Below, piece by piece: positions 10,532 through 20,800 of a stretch of 59,363 bases of DNA; position 1 is the stretch's first letter; each line of letters starts with the position of its first letter. This stretch comes from a virus (Duplodnaviria > Heunggongvirae > Uroviricota > Caudoviricetes): positions 1 through 59,363 of IMG/VR virus record IMGVR_UViG_3300028048_000083, one strand, 5' to 3'. The translations under genes were made by a program, and so were the position numbers. The notes under the pieces are model-generated. The model did not search any database. It was given only the letters and a program-made list of their open reading frames with translations, and was not told the DNA's origin.

Positions 10532-10654
10532 ATGACGAAAGAAGAAATAGAAAAAGAAATTTCTGATTTAGAATATGATATTGCAATGGAGGCTGATATG
10601 TTTCTTGTAGGTTGCATGGAACGTAGACTTGCAGAATTAAAAGAACTATTGTAA
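10532..10654 (+). CDS. small hypothetical protein (40 aa)
   Basis: MTKEEIEKEIS... fills the gap after infC. Confidence 0.55.
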   Translation: MTKEEIEKEISDLEYDIAMEADMFLVGCMERRLAELKELL

Positions 10655-10671
10655 CATAACAAACAAAGAAT

Positions 10672-10917
10672 ATGGCGTATATCATAAAACGTTCTAAAAA
10701 CACAAATACATACACAACAGAATCTACTGGTGTATACAATTCTGTACGTGAAAATGATAGCAATACCATATCAACTATGGGAGAATATGAGTATTATGTC
10801 AATATTCCGAGAAGATGTAGTAGATGTAGAATGTATAATTGGGAACCAGGAACCTGCAAAAAGAAAAAAGACTGGAGAACCTGTAAGAAAAACTATAGCA
10901 TTAAAAAGAAAAAATAG
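10672..10917 (+). CDS. hypothetical Cys-rich protein
   Basis: ORF. Confidence 0.55.
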   Translation: MAYIIKRSKNTNTYTTESTGVYNSVRENDSNTISTMGEYEYYVNIPRRCSRCRMYNWEPGTCKKKKDWRTCKKNYSIKKKK

Positions 10918-11234
10918 TGGGTTATAATAATAGTACAGGGCATTGTGATGAAGTCTGTAGTAATTGTTTTTATACACAATGCGTAGAACATCCAGAACAC
11001 AATAAGTCAAATGGACATGAACTGAAAACTGATGTTGTTTGTAAAGTATGCGGTGGGGTGTTTGACCAAGACGAGCCGCGTCAGACAATATGTTTGTCCG
11101 AATGCCAAGCAATATGGGACATACAACAAGAAGATAGAATATCGGCACTCACTTGGATTAAACGTAGAGGCTACAAAAACAAAACAGAGTTTATCAAAGA
11201 ATGGGGTGAAGAAACCTGGAATGCAATACAGTAA
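10917..11234 (+). CDS. hypothetical Zn-finger protein
   Basis: Several CxxC pairs; GTG start overlaps upstream stop. Confidence 0.65.
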   Translation: MGYNNSTGHCDEVCSNCFYTQCVEHPEHNKSNGHELKTDVVCKVCGGVFDQDEPRQTICLSECQAIWDIQQEDRISALTWIKRRGYKNKTEFIKEWGEETWNAIQ

Positions 11235-11294
11235 TCATGTAATAAATAAATTAAGGCACTTTTAGAAAACTATACAATAAACTTCAAACAATCT

Positions 11295-12197
11295 ATGCAA
11301 AAAAAGAGACATAAACTTGATTATCGTTTAATGAACATCAATAACCTGAAAAAAAACAGGTTTGTTGACAACGATGACGAAAATTTGCTCAGGTATTTTC
11401 ATGACATGCACAACTACAAGCTATTGTCACAGGATGAGGAACAGGAAATTATCAGATGCATTAAAAACGGCGACAAGAATTCAGATGACCTTAAATCGAG
11501 ACTAATCGGCAGTCATCAACCGTTTGTCGTTACATTTGCCAAACGGCATTGCCCGCGGGAAAGCGGACAGTTGCTTGATTTGATACAGGAAGGCAACTAC
11601 GGTATGCTTATGGCGTTGGAGAATTTTGACATAACCGCCAACGTGAAGTTTATCACATATGCCAACGCCTGGATTGTCAAGTATATGTACAAGTTTTTGG
11701 AAAACAATGAACTTATACAGAAAAACAACAGGTCCAAAACTTTCGGTGTAGATATTAGGGTTCGTGAAAAGTTCATCAAGGATTATGGGTATGAGCCGTC
11801 TTCCGATGAAATGTGGGAAATATTCAACGAAATGGGTATCAGTATCAAATACAAGGAAGACCTTGACAAGGTAACCATAATGTCGTTGAACAACCCCCCA
11901 GTTGTGAAACAGGAAGGTGTTGATGAAGATGATGACCTGGTTGTTGAATTTGGTGAGGATAACACATTAAATGAGGATATTGACAGGCAGTTGGATGCTA
12001 TCAAAATACGCAGACTGTTGGATAAGCTGACTGATGTTGAATCTTGTGTAATAAAGAAGAAATACGGGATTGACGACGGGATTGAGGAAGATGTTTCAAC
12101 TATTGCATATGAATTGGGCACAAGTGTGTACAAGATTAACCAGATTATAAGCAGCACAATTTCCAAACTAAAACGTTACGGGTTTTTGTTTGAATGA
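11295..12197 (+). CDS. sigma70-family RNA polymerase sigma factor
   Basis: LLRYFHDM...LLSQDEEQE (region 1.2), DLIQEGNYGML..A..NFD...FITYANAWI (region 2), KYGI...IAYELG (region 4). Confidence 0.92.
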   Translation: MQKKRHKLDYRLMNINNLKKNRFVDNDDENLLRYFHDMHNYKLLSQDEEQEIIRCIKNGDKNSDDLKSRLIGSHQPFVVTFAKRHCPRESGQLLDLIQEGNYGMLMALENFDITANVKFITYANAWIVKYMYKFLENNELIQKNNRSKTFGVDIRVREKFIKDYGYEPSSDEMWEIFNEMGISIKYKEDLDKVTIMSLNNPPVVKQEGVDEDDDLVVEFGEDNTLNEDIDRQLDAIKIRRLLDKLTDVESCVIKKKYGIDDGIEEDVSTIAYELGTSVYKINQIISSTISKLKRYGFLFE

Positions 12198-12238
12198 ATT
12201 AATTTTGTATATTATTATATGAAAAAACAACATATATC

Positions 12239-12817
12239 ATGAAAATCAAACTTAAATTTACAGAAGAGCACATCGCATTGATTAAAGCCCTCAATTTTGC
12301 AAAGCTGGATATCCGCGAAATAATGAATTACTACAACTTCATTGACAAAAACATCACTTTGGTTGAAGATTTTGAAGGAAGGAAAGTAAAAAACAGTATG
12401 ACAGTCGGTGAATTTATGGACAAATACCATATCACGATAGAAGGTTTAAGTGGATTTGACACATTCAATCTTTGGGGTGGCACGTTTGTGTGGGAACAGA
12501 TGGCTTACATCCTAGGTTACCAAGATGCCATAATCCCATCAACAAAGGAAGACCCGTCTGGACCGAGGTTCTATGACAACGTGTATACAATGATTGGTGA
12601 AGACGGCAGGCGTGTTGTCAGCCTAGAGGAACGTGACGGCTTTGAAAAGGTCGACGTTATCGAACATTTCAAGGATTTGGATACATTTATGATAACAAAT
12701 CTTGAAAACATAATGGATTTGCTTCTTCAGTTTTGCACGGAGGGTATACAGCCTGGTGTCACATATTGGGCGTATGACTACCAGCGTATATGGCATAAGG
12801 AGGAATGTGGCGAATGA
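12239..12817 (+). CDS. hypothetical protein
   Basis: ORF after TTGTATATT promoter motif. Confidence 0.8.
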   Translation: MKIKLKFTEEHIALIKALNFAKLDIREIMNYYNFIDKNITLVEDFEGRKVKNSMTVGEFMDKYHITIEGLSGFDTFNLWGGTFVWEQMAYILGYQDAIIPSTKEDPSGPRFYDNVYTMIGEDGRRVVSLEERDGFEKVDVIEHFKDLDTFMITNLENIMDLLLQFCTEGIQPGVTYWAYDYQRIWHKEECGE

Positions 12818-12847
12818 TAAAAAAAGGCTCTGATTCCAGAGCCTTTG
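12818..12847. terminator. bidirectional terminator
   Basis: A-run, AAGGCTCTG/CAGAGCCTT hairpin, between convergent genes. Confidence 0.7.
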
Positions 12848-12880
12848 AATTTATGTGTTATGTGGCGACAGGGGGAGAAA

Positions 12881-13363
12881 TTATTCGGATATGACGTTGT
12901 TAAGCATGTTGTAGATTGATGAAATTTCCTCATCTGTGAATGATTCGCCGCTTTTTCCTTCAACTTTTTTGGAAAACCATGAACGGGCAGCGTCTTCAGA
13001 CATGTCTGGCCATAGCTTATAAGCGATAGGTGCATAGTCAATCTTTTTGTCTTTAAGACGTTGGGTTACGGTTCGGCGTTTGGCACCGTTTGACATGTTG
13101 TCAAGGGAAGAGTATTTTTTACCGTTCAGCTTTTCAGACCAGCCGTTGAAATCATCTTCATTGTTGAGATAGTCCTTCGCTATCTTTTTAAACTCTGGAT
13201 TGCTCATCAGTTTCTTGACCAATGCGCTGACCTTGATTTTCTTACCCTTCTCTTCCATCACAGCTTCCGCTACCATTGGACGAATCGCGTTTCTGAATCT
13301 ATCTTCTCTTATTTCTTCGATACTTTCGTTTACAATTCTTGTAATATATGATTTAATATTCAT
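12881..13363 (-). CDS. hypothetical late protein (possible head-packaged protein)
   Basis: TATTTAT motif upstream on the minus strand; N-terminal IVNES-type segment. Confidence 0.75.
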   Translation of the reverse strand: MNIKSYITRIVNESIEEIREDRFRNAIRPMVAEAVMEEKGKKIKVSALVKKLMSNPEFKKIAKDYLNNEDDFNGWSEKLNGKKYSSLDNMSNGAKRRTVTQRLKDKKIDYAPIAYKLWPDMSEDAARSWFSKKVEGKSGESFTDEEISSIYNMLNNVISE

Positions 13364-13458
13364 AACTATTGGGGTTTATATATAATAAATATATCCGTTT
13401 TTTTTTTATTGTAAACAAATTTTTTCTGTATATTACTATTGATAATAAAATATGATAA

Positions 13459-13965
13459 ATGGAAAATTGTAATATTTCTTTTTTAGACGAATATGGCAAC
13501 GAGGTGCCAGTGGAGAATGCACGTATCACTTTCATTCAAATGTTGTTACCCAGGGAAAATGCTGATAAAGACAATTTGTCATACAAAAACTGCGATTCTT
13601 TCGAAATAATGTTTGACAAAAGACAGCCTCAAGTGCTGTTTTATCTGGGTGATTATATGAAAAACGACAGTGAAGTCAAAAATGAAGGGCTCAAGCACAT
13701 GAACTATATCAAATTTAACGGTATTACTGCAGGCAGTGGTAATGGTTTAATGGAATCATACAACACTTGCGCTGCAATCAAGGATTGGTGCGAAAAGACA
13801 ATGTATCTGATTGGGGAGGAATGTGTCAAAGAGGTTGATGAGTATTGTGAAGAGTCCAGAAAAAATTTATTGGATGAACTTTATCGGTTAGGTAAAGAGG
13901 AATATGAAAAAAGAAAAACACCAGATTCAATATACAATAAACCACAAGATAATGAGAATAATTGA
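13459..13965 (+). CDS. hypothetical protein
   Basis: ORF after promoter motif. Confidence 0.8.
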   Translation: MENCNISFLDEYGNEVPVENARITFIQMLLPRENADKDNLSYKNCDSFEIMFDKRQPQVLFYLGDYMKNDSEVKNEGLKHMNYIKFNGITAGSGNGLMESYNTCAAIKDWCEKTMYLIGEECVKEVDEYCEESRKNLLDELYRLGKEEYEKRKTPDSIYNKPQDNENN

Positions 13966-14281
13966 AAATCCGAACCCAACACCAACATTTGTTTTTACGT
14001 GTGATAAATGTTCATGCAAATTTGAGTGTACCGACAATGAAATTAAACATGATAGCTGGAATGACGCTATGGGAAGAATAGGTGGTATGCACCACTGGAG
14101 TACAACGACATACATTAATTGTCCTAACTGTGGAGAAAAAATCGTGATTAGCAGAAAGTCTGGTTATGGCAGTTCCATGATTGACGATTACCATATAACA
14201 GAAGATTATCATATTGCACAGGGTAATCCAGATGACCCACAAATGTTAGATGAAATAAAAAATATTATTAATGCAAAATAA
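13952..14281 (+). CDS. Zn-ribbon protein
   Basis: CDKC...CPNC. Confidence 0.7.
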   Translation: MRIIENPNPTPTFVFTCDKCSCKFECTDNEIKHDSWNDAMGRIGGMHHWSTTTYINCPNCGEKIVISRKSGYGSSMIDDYHITEDYHIAQGNPDDPQMLDEIKNIINAK

Positions 14282-14288
14282 AATTAAT

Positions 14289-14941
14289 ATGGAAAATCAC
14301 ACACGTGGTATTAAGACCGAAAGAGAATTTTTTAAACGTAATGAAAACATTACGCTTGGCGTTGTAGGTGGTGAACCTTATGAACTTATCGCTATTACTG
14401 AATCTAATGATTATGTGATGCGTAATCTTATAAGCGGTGCTGTAAATGTTTATCGTGTATGGGATGTGAAGAATGGTTTTACACCAATTACTCAAGGTGA
14501 GGTTTTTGATTGCATCGACAACAATGACGATGAACAACATGCTAAGATGATGAAAGCTCTGGGTATTGGCTACATTTGCCCGTTCTGTGGCGGATATTTG
14601 CGCTGGGAAAGTGATTTTATGGCGTCAGAGGTGCATGGTACGTATGAGACGTATGTCAAAGTCGAGGGAGACGATAACATTGAGACAATTGAAAAATGTT
14701 TCAGTGAATATTGTTCACGTGGTATTGCAGGCGAAACTGACGACATTGAAAAGGAAAAGAGAAGGTCGATACCACTGGATATTACGATTACATGTATCTT
14801 CGTGAAACAAAAACAGTTGATGGTGAAACTGTAGTCACTTACTACGAGATAGATGATTCGGTGATTGGTATTTATTCGTGTATGCAGTGCGGTAAACACT
14901 ATGAAATACAAGACCCGTTGCCAAGCGAAATAAATAATTGA
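14289..14941 (+). pseudogene. Zn-ribbon protein with apparent -1 frameshift near 14755-14765
   Basis: The N-terminal CPFC part continues coherently in the -1 frame (VDTTGYYDY...YSCMQCGK, stop 14939-14941). Confidence 0.55.
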
Positions 14942-15085
14942 TATTTTTACTGAAAATTGTAATGGTTTTCGGTTATGTGTATGAATAATAACCGAAAACT
15001 TTATTGTATATGGGCTATTTCACGTGGGCAAACCGAATCATGATAGCAAAGGGACAACAAACGTTTAATATACTTAATTAAGAAT

Positions 15086-15544
15086 ATGGGAGAAACATTT
15101 GAAGACAGAAGATGGCGCAAATACAATGCCATGACTCATGACGAGTTGGTTGAAGAAATGATAAAGCGCGACAACACCCAAGATAAAACAACGCTTTACA
15201 ATACAGCCAAAGAAGTTTCAAGGGAAGAGTTGGTCAAAACATTGCAAGAAACTATAATCGAGAGAATGAAGGACCCGAAGTTAGTGGATGATGTGTTAAT
15301 ATACCACACTAATTATGGTACTAATGAACTTCGTGATTGGGTTTCTGATGTGTTTAAAACATCATTTAGCCATGATTTAATAAAAGAGTTTGAACAAGAT
15401 TTGGCTAAATACCTTAAGGAACACTATAAAGATATTTGTGAACGGACGATATATAATATTTTTCTGAATGGTCTGACCAATAACGATGTATTCAGGAATT
15501 CCGTAAGTGAAATAGTATGGAATATTGACAGAGACAGAGACTAG
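15086..15544 (+). CDS. hypothetical protein
   Basis: ORF. Confidence 0.8.
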   Translation: MGETFEDRRWRKYNAMTHDELVEEMIKRDNTQDKTTLYNTAKEVSREELVKTLQETIIERMKDPKLVDDVLIYHTNYGTNELRDWVSDVFKTSFSHDLIKEFEQDLAKYLKEHYKDICERTIYNIFLNGLTNNDVFRNSVSEIVWNIDRDRD

Positions 15545-15555
15545 TTTTACAATTT

Positions 15556-15855
15556 ATGGTTGAAACAACAATTAACATAACTGGCAAACACATATGCGCC
15601 GAATGCACCAAATGGAAGTGTGGCGACTATTGGGGAAGTGGTAGTGGAAAGCATGGTGTTTTGGTTGAGTCTAAAGGCTGGTGTCTGTTGAAAAAAAACA
15701 AGCGTAAACGCTGGAACTATCATAAAGCGTGTAATTGTCTGGATTTACGTGAACAAGACTCGTTTATAGTACATGGTTGCGGATTGCCGACACAAGAGGA
15801 TGTCGATTACATAAGCAAATGTGTTGAAACATTTATCAAAAACAGAAACAAATGA
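15556..15855 (+). CDS. hypothetical Cys-rich protein
   Basis: ORF. Confidence 0.7.
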   Translation: MVETTINITGKHICAECTKWKCGDYWGSGSGKHGVLVESKGWCLLKKNKRKRWNYHKACNCLDLREQDSFIVHGCGLPTQEDVDYISKCVETFIKNRNK

Positions 15856-16301
15856 AACACAAATACAGACCAAATTCCCAAAAAGCACTAATTGAAATGG
15901 CGCCATTCGAATCATACCAAATTGTTGAAATTATGAAAAAAGACATGTTCAATAAACATGAATTTTCAAATAGTTTTATGGTTTGGTACCTGATTTGTTC
16001 GGCATATGCAAGGTGTTGGGGGTATGAAAAATGCGGAAGGAAAAAGAAATGGTATGTAAAACAGATTATCAAATATTGGCAGCAAGGCGATTTGTTTTGG
16101 GGTGAGCTATATAAAGATGAATATCATTGGTATTGTGGCTCCAAACAGTGTGATTTTTTGAGAATCCCCAACCATCCCAATATGCGAATTCAGGATTTTA
16201 TCAAAATATACAACAAGTTTTCGAAGAAAAAGATTGAACTGAAAGATAAGTATCCAGGAATCACTTATTTAGGTAGAGAGTATGTTAACACAATCAAATA
16301 G
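15852..16301 (+). CDS. hypothetical protein
   Basis: ATGA overlap with upstream ORF. Confidence 0.75.
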   Translation: MKHKYRPNSQKALIEMAPFESYQIVEIMKKDMFNKHEFSNSFMVWYLICSAYARCWGYEKCGRKKKWYVKQIIKYWQQGDLFWGELYKDEYHWYCGSKQCDFLRIPNHPNMRIQDFIKIYNKFSKKKIELKDKYPGITYLGREYVNTIK

Positions 16302-16303
16302 AT

Positions 16304-16513
16304 ATGGAAAAATTTCTGGAATATACAATAAGCGACGCATATAATAGAGACTGTGCGACAAAAGCAGTCAACGATTATTTGGCTGAAGGCTGGACTGTCA
16401 AACATTTGACAGCGTTGGCTGGTGATAGCAGTGTTTATGGCAGCATATTCCTGGTTATTGAAAAAAAAGATGATATTAAAGATATAACAACACAGCAATG
16501 GGAAGAAAATTGA
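16304..16513 (+). CDS. hypothetical protein
   Basis: ORF. Confidence 0.7.
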   Translation: MEKFLEYTISDAYNRDCATKAVNDYLAEGWTVKHLTALAGDSSVYGSIFLVIEKKDDIKDITTQQWEEN

Positions 16514-17262
16514 AAAGAGTGCCAATGGATTTTGATTGGCCAATGAAAAAAGTATGGAAGGGGTATATCAATCCTTATAGAGGTATTGAATGTCCTTGGT
16601 GCTACGATGAAGATAGAGATTTTAGTAACGGCTATACCAAGGAGGCTAATGCTTACCGAAATACATTTTATGGTTTTATGAACGATTGGCCGTACGTTCC
16701 ACATCCATATAAACCGCGCCAGCAATATTGCCCCCAATCAAAGCCATATAACCTTGAAAGATGGGAGTATGACTTCCTTGTCAGCGACAATGAATGCCAA
16801 ACTAGAAAAAGGCTTTTCGGTGATGGTGAAGTACCTGCTTATGAGGATATTAAAGAATATTTCCTTAAACATGGAACTATGGATTTTGAGGGTGTAATAC
16901 AGTATGCTTTAACAGAAGAGTATTGCCGTCGTAATGGATATGAAGTTACTTGTCCCCATTGCAAAGGCAGTGGGACAATCTATATTAACGATGAAATTGA
17001 AAGATTGAATAACGAATGGGAACCTGTTGACCCTCCTGAGGGTGATGGTTACCAGCTATGGGAAACCACCTCTGAAGGAAGCCCATTAAGCCCAGTTTTT
17101 GGCACGCTAGAGGAACTTTGTGAATGGTGTGCTGATAATGCAACCACGTTTGCCAGTGAAAGAGCGACAAAAGACGAGTGGATGGCAATGTTGGGCGAAA
17201 ACTTTGTCTATCACAAAGATGATAATTTTAACAATTATAAAAGTAATAAGAAAAAGGAATAA
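16498..17262 (+). CDS. conserved phage hypothetical protein
   Basis: MGRKLKRVPMDFDWP...YQLWETTSEGSP.SPVF, a pattern recognised from phage hypotheticals. Confidence 0.8.
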   Translation: MGRKLKRVPMDFDWPMKKVWKGYINPYRGIECPWCYDEDRDFSNGYTKEANAYRNTFYGFMNDWPYVPHPYKPRQQYCPQSKPYNLERWEYDFLVSDNECQTRKRLFGDGEVPAYEDIKEYFLKHGTMDFEGVIQYALTEEYCRRNGYEVTCPHCKGSGTIYINDEIERLNNEWEPVDPPEGDGYQLWETTSEGSPLSPVFGTLEELCEWCADNATTFASERATKDEWMAMLGENFVYHKDDNFNNYKSNKKKE

Positions 17263-17264
17263 GT

Positions 17265-17672
17265 ATGCAATATTATACAACAATAGAACAGTCAAAGAAA
17301 CTTTTAGAATTAGGACTGAATCCTGATAGCGCTGATATGTTCTATAATGAAGAACCAGATGAATGTTATCCTAAAGATATTGTTGATACAAAATATCCAA
17401 TGGTGATAAGAGAAGGACAGAAACATTATCTTAAAGAATATGGCGTTCCTTGTTGGTCTCTTGGTGCATTATGGGAGGCTATGCCTAAAGAAGGTGTGAA
17501 ACCTTTTACAGACTCAAATCCTTTCGTTGGATATGGTAATGGACTATATAGATGTGTTTATCTTAACGCAGATTGGGAGTCTTCTCATCAAACAATAGGA
17601 TATACTCCTGTTGAAGCAGCCTATAATATGGTTTGCTGGCTTCTTAAGAATGGGTATTTAACGAAAGAATAA
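17265..17672 (+). CDS. hypothetical protein, distant member of the 19.3-20.8 kb paralog family
   Basis: TTIEQSKKLLELG...PCWSL...TPVEAAY. Confidence 0.75.
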   Translation: MQYYTTIEQSKKLLELGLNPDSADMFYNEEPDECYPKDIVDTKYPMVIREGQKHYLKEYGVPCWSLGALWEAMPKEGVKPFTDSNPFVGYGNGLYRCVYLNADWESSHQTIGYTPVEAAYNMVCWLLKNGYLTKE

Positions 17673-17673
17673 T

Positions 17674-18111
17674 ATGAAACAAAAAGAAAAGCAATTGTTA
17701 TTGATTGACCTTTGTGCAAGGCTGTCTTATGGCGTTTTATTTATGGTTCCTGACATAAATGAACCTGTAGAATTGTTATCTATTAATCCAAAACGTGATA
17801 AACCACTTGAAATAGATGATGGTCATGATGAAAATTCATCAACTTATTGGAATCTTGAAGATGTTACACCATATCTTCGTCCGATGGCAAGCATGACCGA
17901 GGAAGAGAAAGAAGATATATTTCAAGCATTAAATATTCATGGCGATATTGACACTGAAGGAAATCTTTTACTTGGTGTTGAATGTAATATTTTAACTTTA
18001 AAGGTGTGTAAAAAATATCTTGGAGAGTTAAATAAGCGAATGTTTGATGTATGCCACTTGATAGAAAAAGGATTAGCCTTAGAAGCACCAGAAGGAATGT
18101 ATAGCATATAA
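17674..18111 (+). CDS. Bacteroidota-phage hypothetical protein
   Basis: LLLIDLCARLSYGV...PYLRPMASMTEEE...GLALEAPEGMY. Confidence 0.8.
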   Translation: MKQKEKQLLLIDLCARLSYGVLFMVPDINEPVELLSINPKRDKPLEIDDGHDENSSTYWNLEDVTPYLRPMASMTEEEKEDIFQALNIHGDIDTEGNLLLGVECNILTLKVCKKYLGELNKRMFDVCHLIEKGLALEAPEGMYSI

Positions 18112-18121
18112 TTAAAAAAAA

Positions 18122-18304
18122 ATGAAACGTATTGTTAAATATGTTGCTATTGACCCGTTTTATAGCGATTTTGAGGAAACATATATCGGAACAACGTTAT
18201 ATGAAATCGATATGCAACAAGGAGAACTTGAAGAATATCTTGGTCATAATCATGAGAATGGTATTCAATCTATATATCGTCCAGAATTGGTTTTTGAAGG
18301 TTAA
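18122..18304 (+). CDS. hypothetical protein
   Basis: ORF. Confidence 0.6.
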   Translation: MKRIVKYVAIDPFYSDFEETYIGTTLYEIDMQQGELEEYLGHNHENGIQSIYRPELVFEG

Positions 18305-18319
18305 AAAACAATAAAGAAT

Positions 18320-19054
18320 ATGAAACTTGAACATGTTACATTTACAGGTCTCGATGAACACACTGATTTGAATAGGCTTGAAGACATTCAGGAAAAATAT
18401 CCATATGCTGAATTTGGTGTGCTGATGTCATATAACTGGAGTAAAAACGGGAACCGATACCCAAAACTAGACTCGTTCCTTTATAAACTTTATGCCAGAG
18501 GTCTGAATTTATCAGCCCATATTTGTGGACAAATGGCAAGGGATGTTGCCGCAGGAAAAATGGATAAAATATATAAAGAAATGTGTCACATGTCGCCATT
18601 ATTTAATCGATGCCAACTTAACATAAAAGTACCTGACAATATATTTAATCTACGCTCAATGAGACCGTTTACTATACAACTTAAAGAGGTTATATTACAG
18701 ATGAAGAGCCTTAATGAGTTGAAATGGTGGGAAACGGAAATATTGGGTGGTGGCAATATGCCAGGAATCTCATATCTAATTGACGGTTCTGGCGGAAAGG
18801 GGGTTGACACCAGTCTTGAAATATACCCGTATTCAGACATTACCGTTGGTTATGCTGGCGGTTTCAATCCTTCCAACGTGGAGGAAAAACTGAGAAAAAT
18901 ATATGATTCTGGGAACACAGGCAAATTCTGGATTGACATGGAAAGCGGCGTGCGTACAGATGATGACTGGCTTGACTTGGATAAGGTTGAGGAAGTGCTT
19001 AAAATCTGTGACCCTATTATTAAAGAATATGAACAAGATGAAAGCACCAGATAA
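18320..19054 (+). CDS. TrpF-like TIM-barrel protein
   Basis: TFTGLD, EFGVL, SAHICG, LIDGSGGKG, GYAGGF, WIDMESGVR. Confidence 0.7.
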   Translation: MKLEHVTFTGLDEHTDLNRLEDIQEKYPYAEFGVLMSYNWSKNGNRYPKLDSFLYKLYARGLNLSAHICGQMARDVAAGKMDKIYKEMCHMSPLFNRCQLNIKVPDNIFNLRSMRPFTIQLKEVILQMKSLNELKWWETEILGGGNMPGISYLIDGSGGKGVDTSLEIYPYSDITVGYAGGFNPSNVEEKLRKIYDSGNTGKFWIDMESGVRTDDDWLDLDKVEEVLKICDPIIKEYEQDESTR

Positions 19055-19268
19055 AGTTTATATTGATGACTTGGCAGTTGTCAACGATTGTGTTACGAAA
19101 ATATCATTAAAACAACTTCCAAACTTTTCCAAATACATTCGCAAGGACGCGCTGCTGGAGTGGGCGAAAGAATTAAAAGAAAGATGGGAGGAGCCGCCGA
19201 TGTCCAGACATTCTCCAGGTTGTGTGTATATGTTAGAGCAACTGATTAACAAACTAAACTCAATGTAA
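19038..19268 (+). CDS. hypothetical protein
   Basis: MKAPDKVYI...YIRKDALLEW. Confidence 0.7.
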   Translation: MKAPDKVYIDDLAVVNDCVTKISLKQLPNFSKYIRKDALLEWAKELKERWEEPPMSRHSPGCVYMLEQLINKLNSM

Positions 19269-19269
19269 T

Positions 19270-19668
19270 ATGGAAAAAGAAGAAGCATTAAAGATACTGC
19301 GCGAAGATTACGTTAGTTTTGAAACAGCAAAGCTATTAAAAGAAAAGGGGTTTGATGAACCTTGTTATGCTTATTGGAATGAAGATGAAAATAGGCTTAT
19401 AGTTAGCCAAAGTATGTATGCAATTCGGAATATTACTAATCCTTGTTTCTTTGGGCCAGCGGTTCCAACTCTTCAAATGGCAATGAAGTGGTTAAGGGAA
19501 ATACATAATTTCCATATTTGGGTTGAACCGAATCACGATAAAGAGGGTTTATATAATGCTCATGTGAAAGTTGGTTGGTGGTCAAACAATTGGGCTGGTA
19601 TTGGTTATAATACTCATGAAAAAGCTTGTGAAGCAGCCATAAAGTATTGTCTTGAAAATTTAATCTAA
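19270..19668 (+). CDS. paralog family member 1 (EDYVSFETAKLLKEKGF)
   Basis: Shares three conserved blocks with 20018 and 20382. Confidence 0.85.
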   Translation: MEKEEALKILREDYVSFETAKLLKEKGFDEPCYAYWNEDENRLIVSQSMYAIRNITNPCFFGPAVPTLQMAMKWLREIHNFHIWVEPNHDKEGLYNAHVKVGWWSNNWAGIGYNTHEKACEAAIKYCLENLI

Positions 19669-19682
19669 ATAAGTTTACGAAT

Positions 19683-20021
19683 ATGAATAAAATACTTAAT
19701 TTGGGTAAGATTAAACTTACTATGCACGATAATGGTTTTCCGAGAGGCTTTATACTCAAAAGAGAATTGACCGTTAAAGAGGCTCGTTATTTGATGTACG
19801 AACTTCTTGGGATAGACATAGGTGAAAGAGAAGATTACGAGTCTCAAGAGGAGTATAAAGAATACAATGATAGACTTTGTTGGGATGTCAACGCCTGGCT
19901 GCGTGGTGATGCTGACGAGTCGGTTATTGCGGAATATGCCTATGATTGTTCGGATGAGCAGCTTGGTATGCACAATATGCTTATCATCGCCCAATACCTT
20001 ATAAAGAAAGGAATAATATGA
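19683..20021 (+). CDS. hypothetical protein
   Basis: ORF. Confidence 0.75.
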   Translation: MNKILNLGKIKLTMHDNGFPRGFILKRELTVKEARYLMYELLGIDIGEREDYESQEEYKEYNDRLCWDVNAWLRGDADESVIAEYAYDCSDEQLGMHNMLIIAQYLIKKGII

Positions 20022-20380
20022 TTACAGAAGATTACGTTAGTTTTGAGACAGCAAAACTTTTAAAAGAAAAAGGGTTTGATGAACCGACTACAAAAAGTTA
20101 CTATACTGAAGGTTTTGAGATTCCTATGTTATTTTCACATGATTTGTTGCCACGTATTCGAACCGATGAATTTCTTTGCCCGACTCTTCAAATGGTAATG
20201 AAGTGGCTGCGAGAAGTTCATAAATATTTTATTGGTATTGGTTTTAAAAAAGGTAGTTATCTTTTTATAATAAAAGATATTAAAAAAAATTTAGAAATTG
20301 GTATATCTGATAAAGAATTTATAACTTACGAAGAAGCTTGTGAAGAAGCCATAAAGTATTGTTTGGAAAATCTTATTTGA
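20018..20380 (+). CDS. paralog family member 2
   Basis: As above. Confidence 0.85.
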   Translation: MITEDYVSFETAKLLKEKGFDEPTTKSYYTEGFEIPMLFSHDLLPRIRTDEFLCPTLQMVMKWLREVHKYFIGIGFKKGSYLFIIKDIKKNLEIGISDKEFITYEEACEEAIKYCLENLI

Positions 20381-20381
20381 T

Positions 20382-20798
20382 ATGATTACAGAAGATTATG
20401 TATCTTTTGAAGTTGCAAAACTTCTCAAAGAAAAGGGGTTTGATGGAAAATGTCATTCCCATTATTACCCTTGCCATTATCCAGATGGTAGTATTCAATA
20501 TCATAAATATGAATCGTCTGTTAAAGGAGATAAATGTTGGTATGATGTTTATTCATTGAAAACACTACCAGTAGACCATTATCTCGCCCCAACACTTCAG
20601 ATAGCAATGAAATGGTTGAGAGAAGTTCATTGTTTGACAATTGATATTTTCCACTATAGAGATTGGAAAGTGACTATTAAGACAATTCCTAATGATTACC
20701 TAAAAGCGGATTATAGTAATGATGAACTAAAGCCATCTGAAACTTATGAACAAGCCTGCGAAGCAGCCATAAAGTATTGTCTTGAAAATTTGGTTTAA
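20382..20798 (+). CDS. paralog family member 3
   Basis: As above. Confidence 0.85.
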   Translation: MITEDYVSFEVAKLLKEKGFDGKCHSHYYPCHYPDGSIQYHKYESSVKGDKCWYDVYSLKTLPVDHYLAPTLQIAMKWLREVHCLTIDIFHYRDWKVTIKTIPNDYLKADYSNDELKPSETYEQACEAAIKYCLENLV

Positions 20799-20800
20799 AC

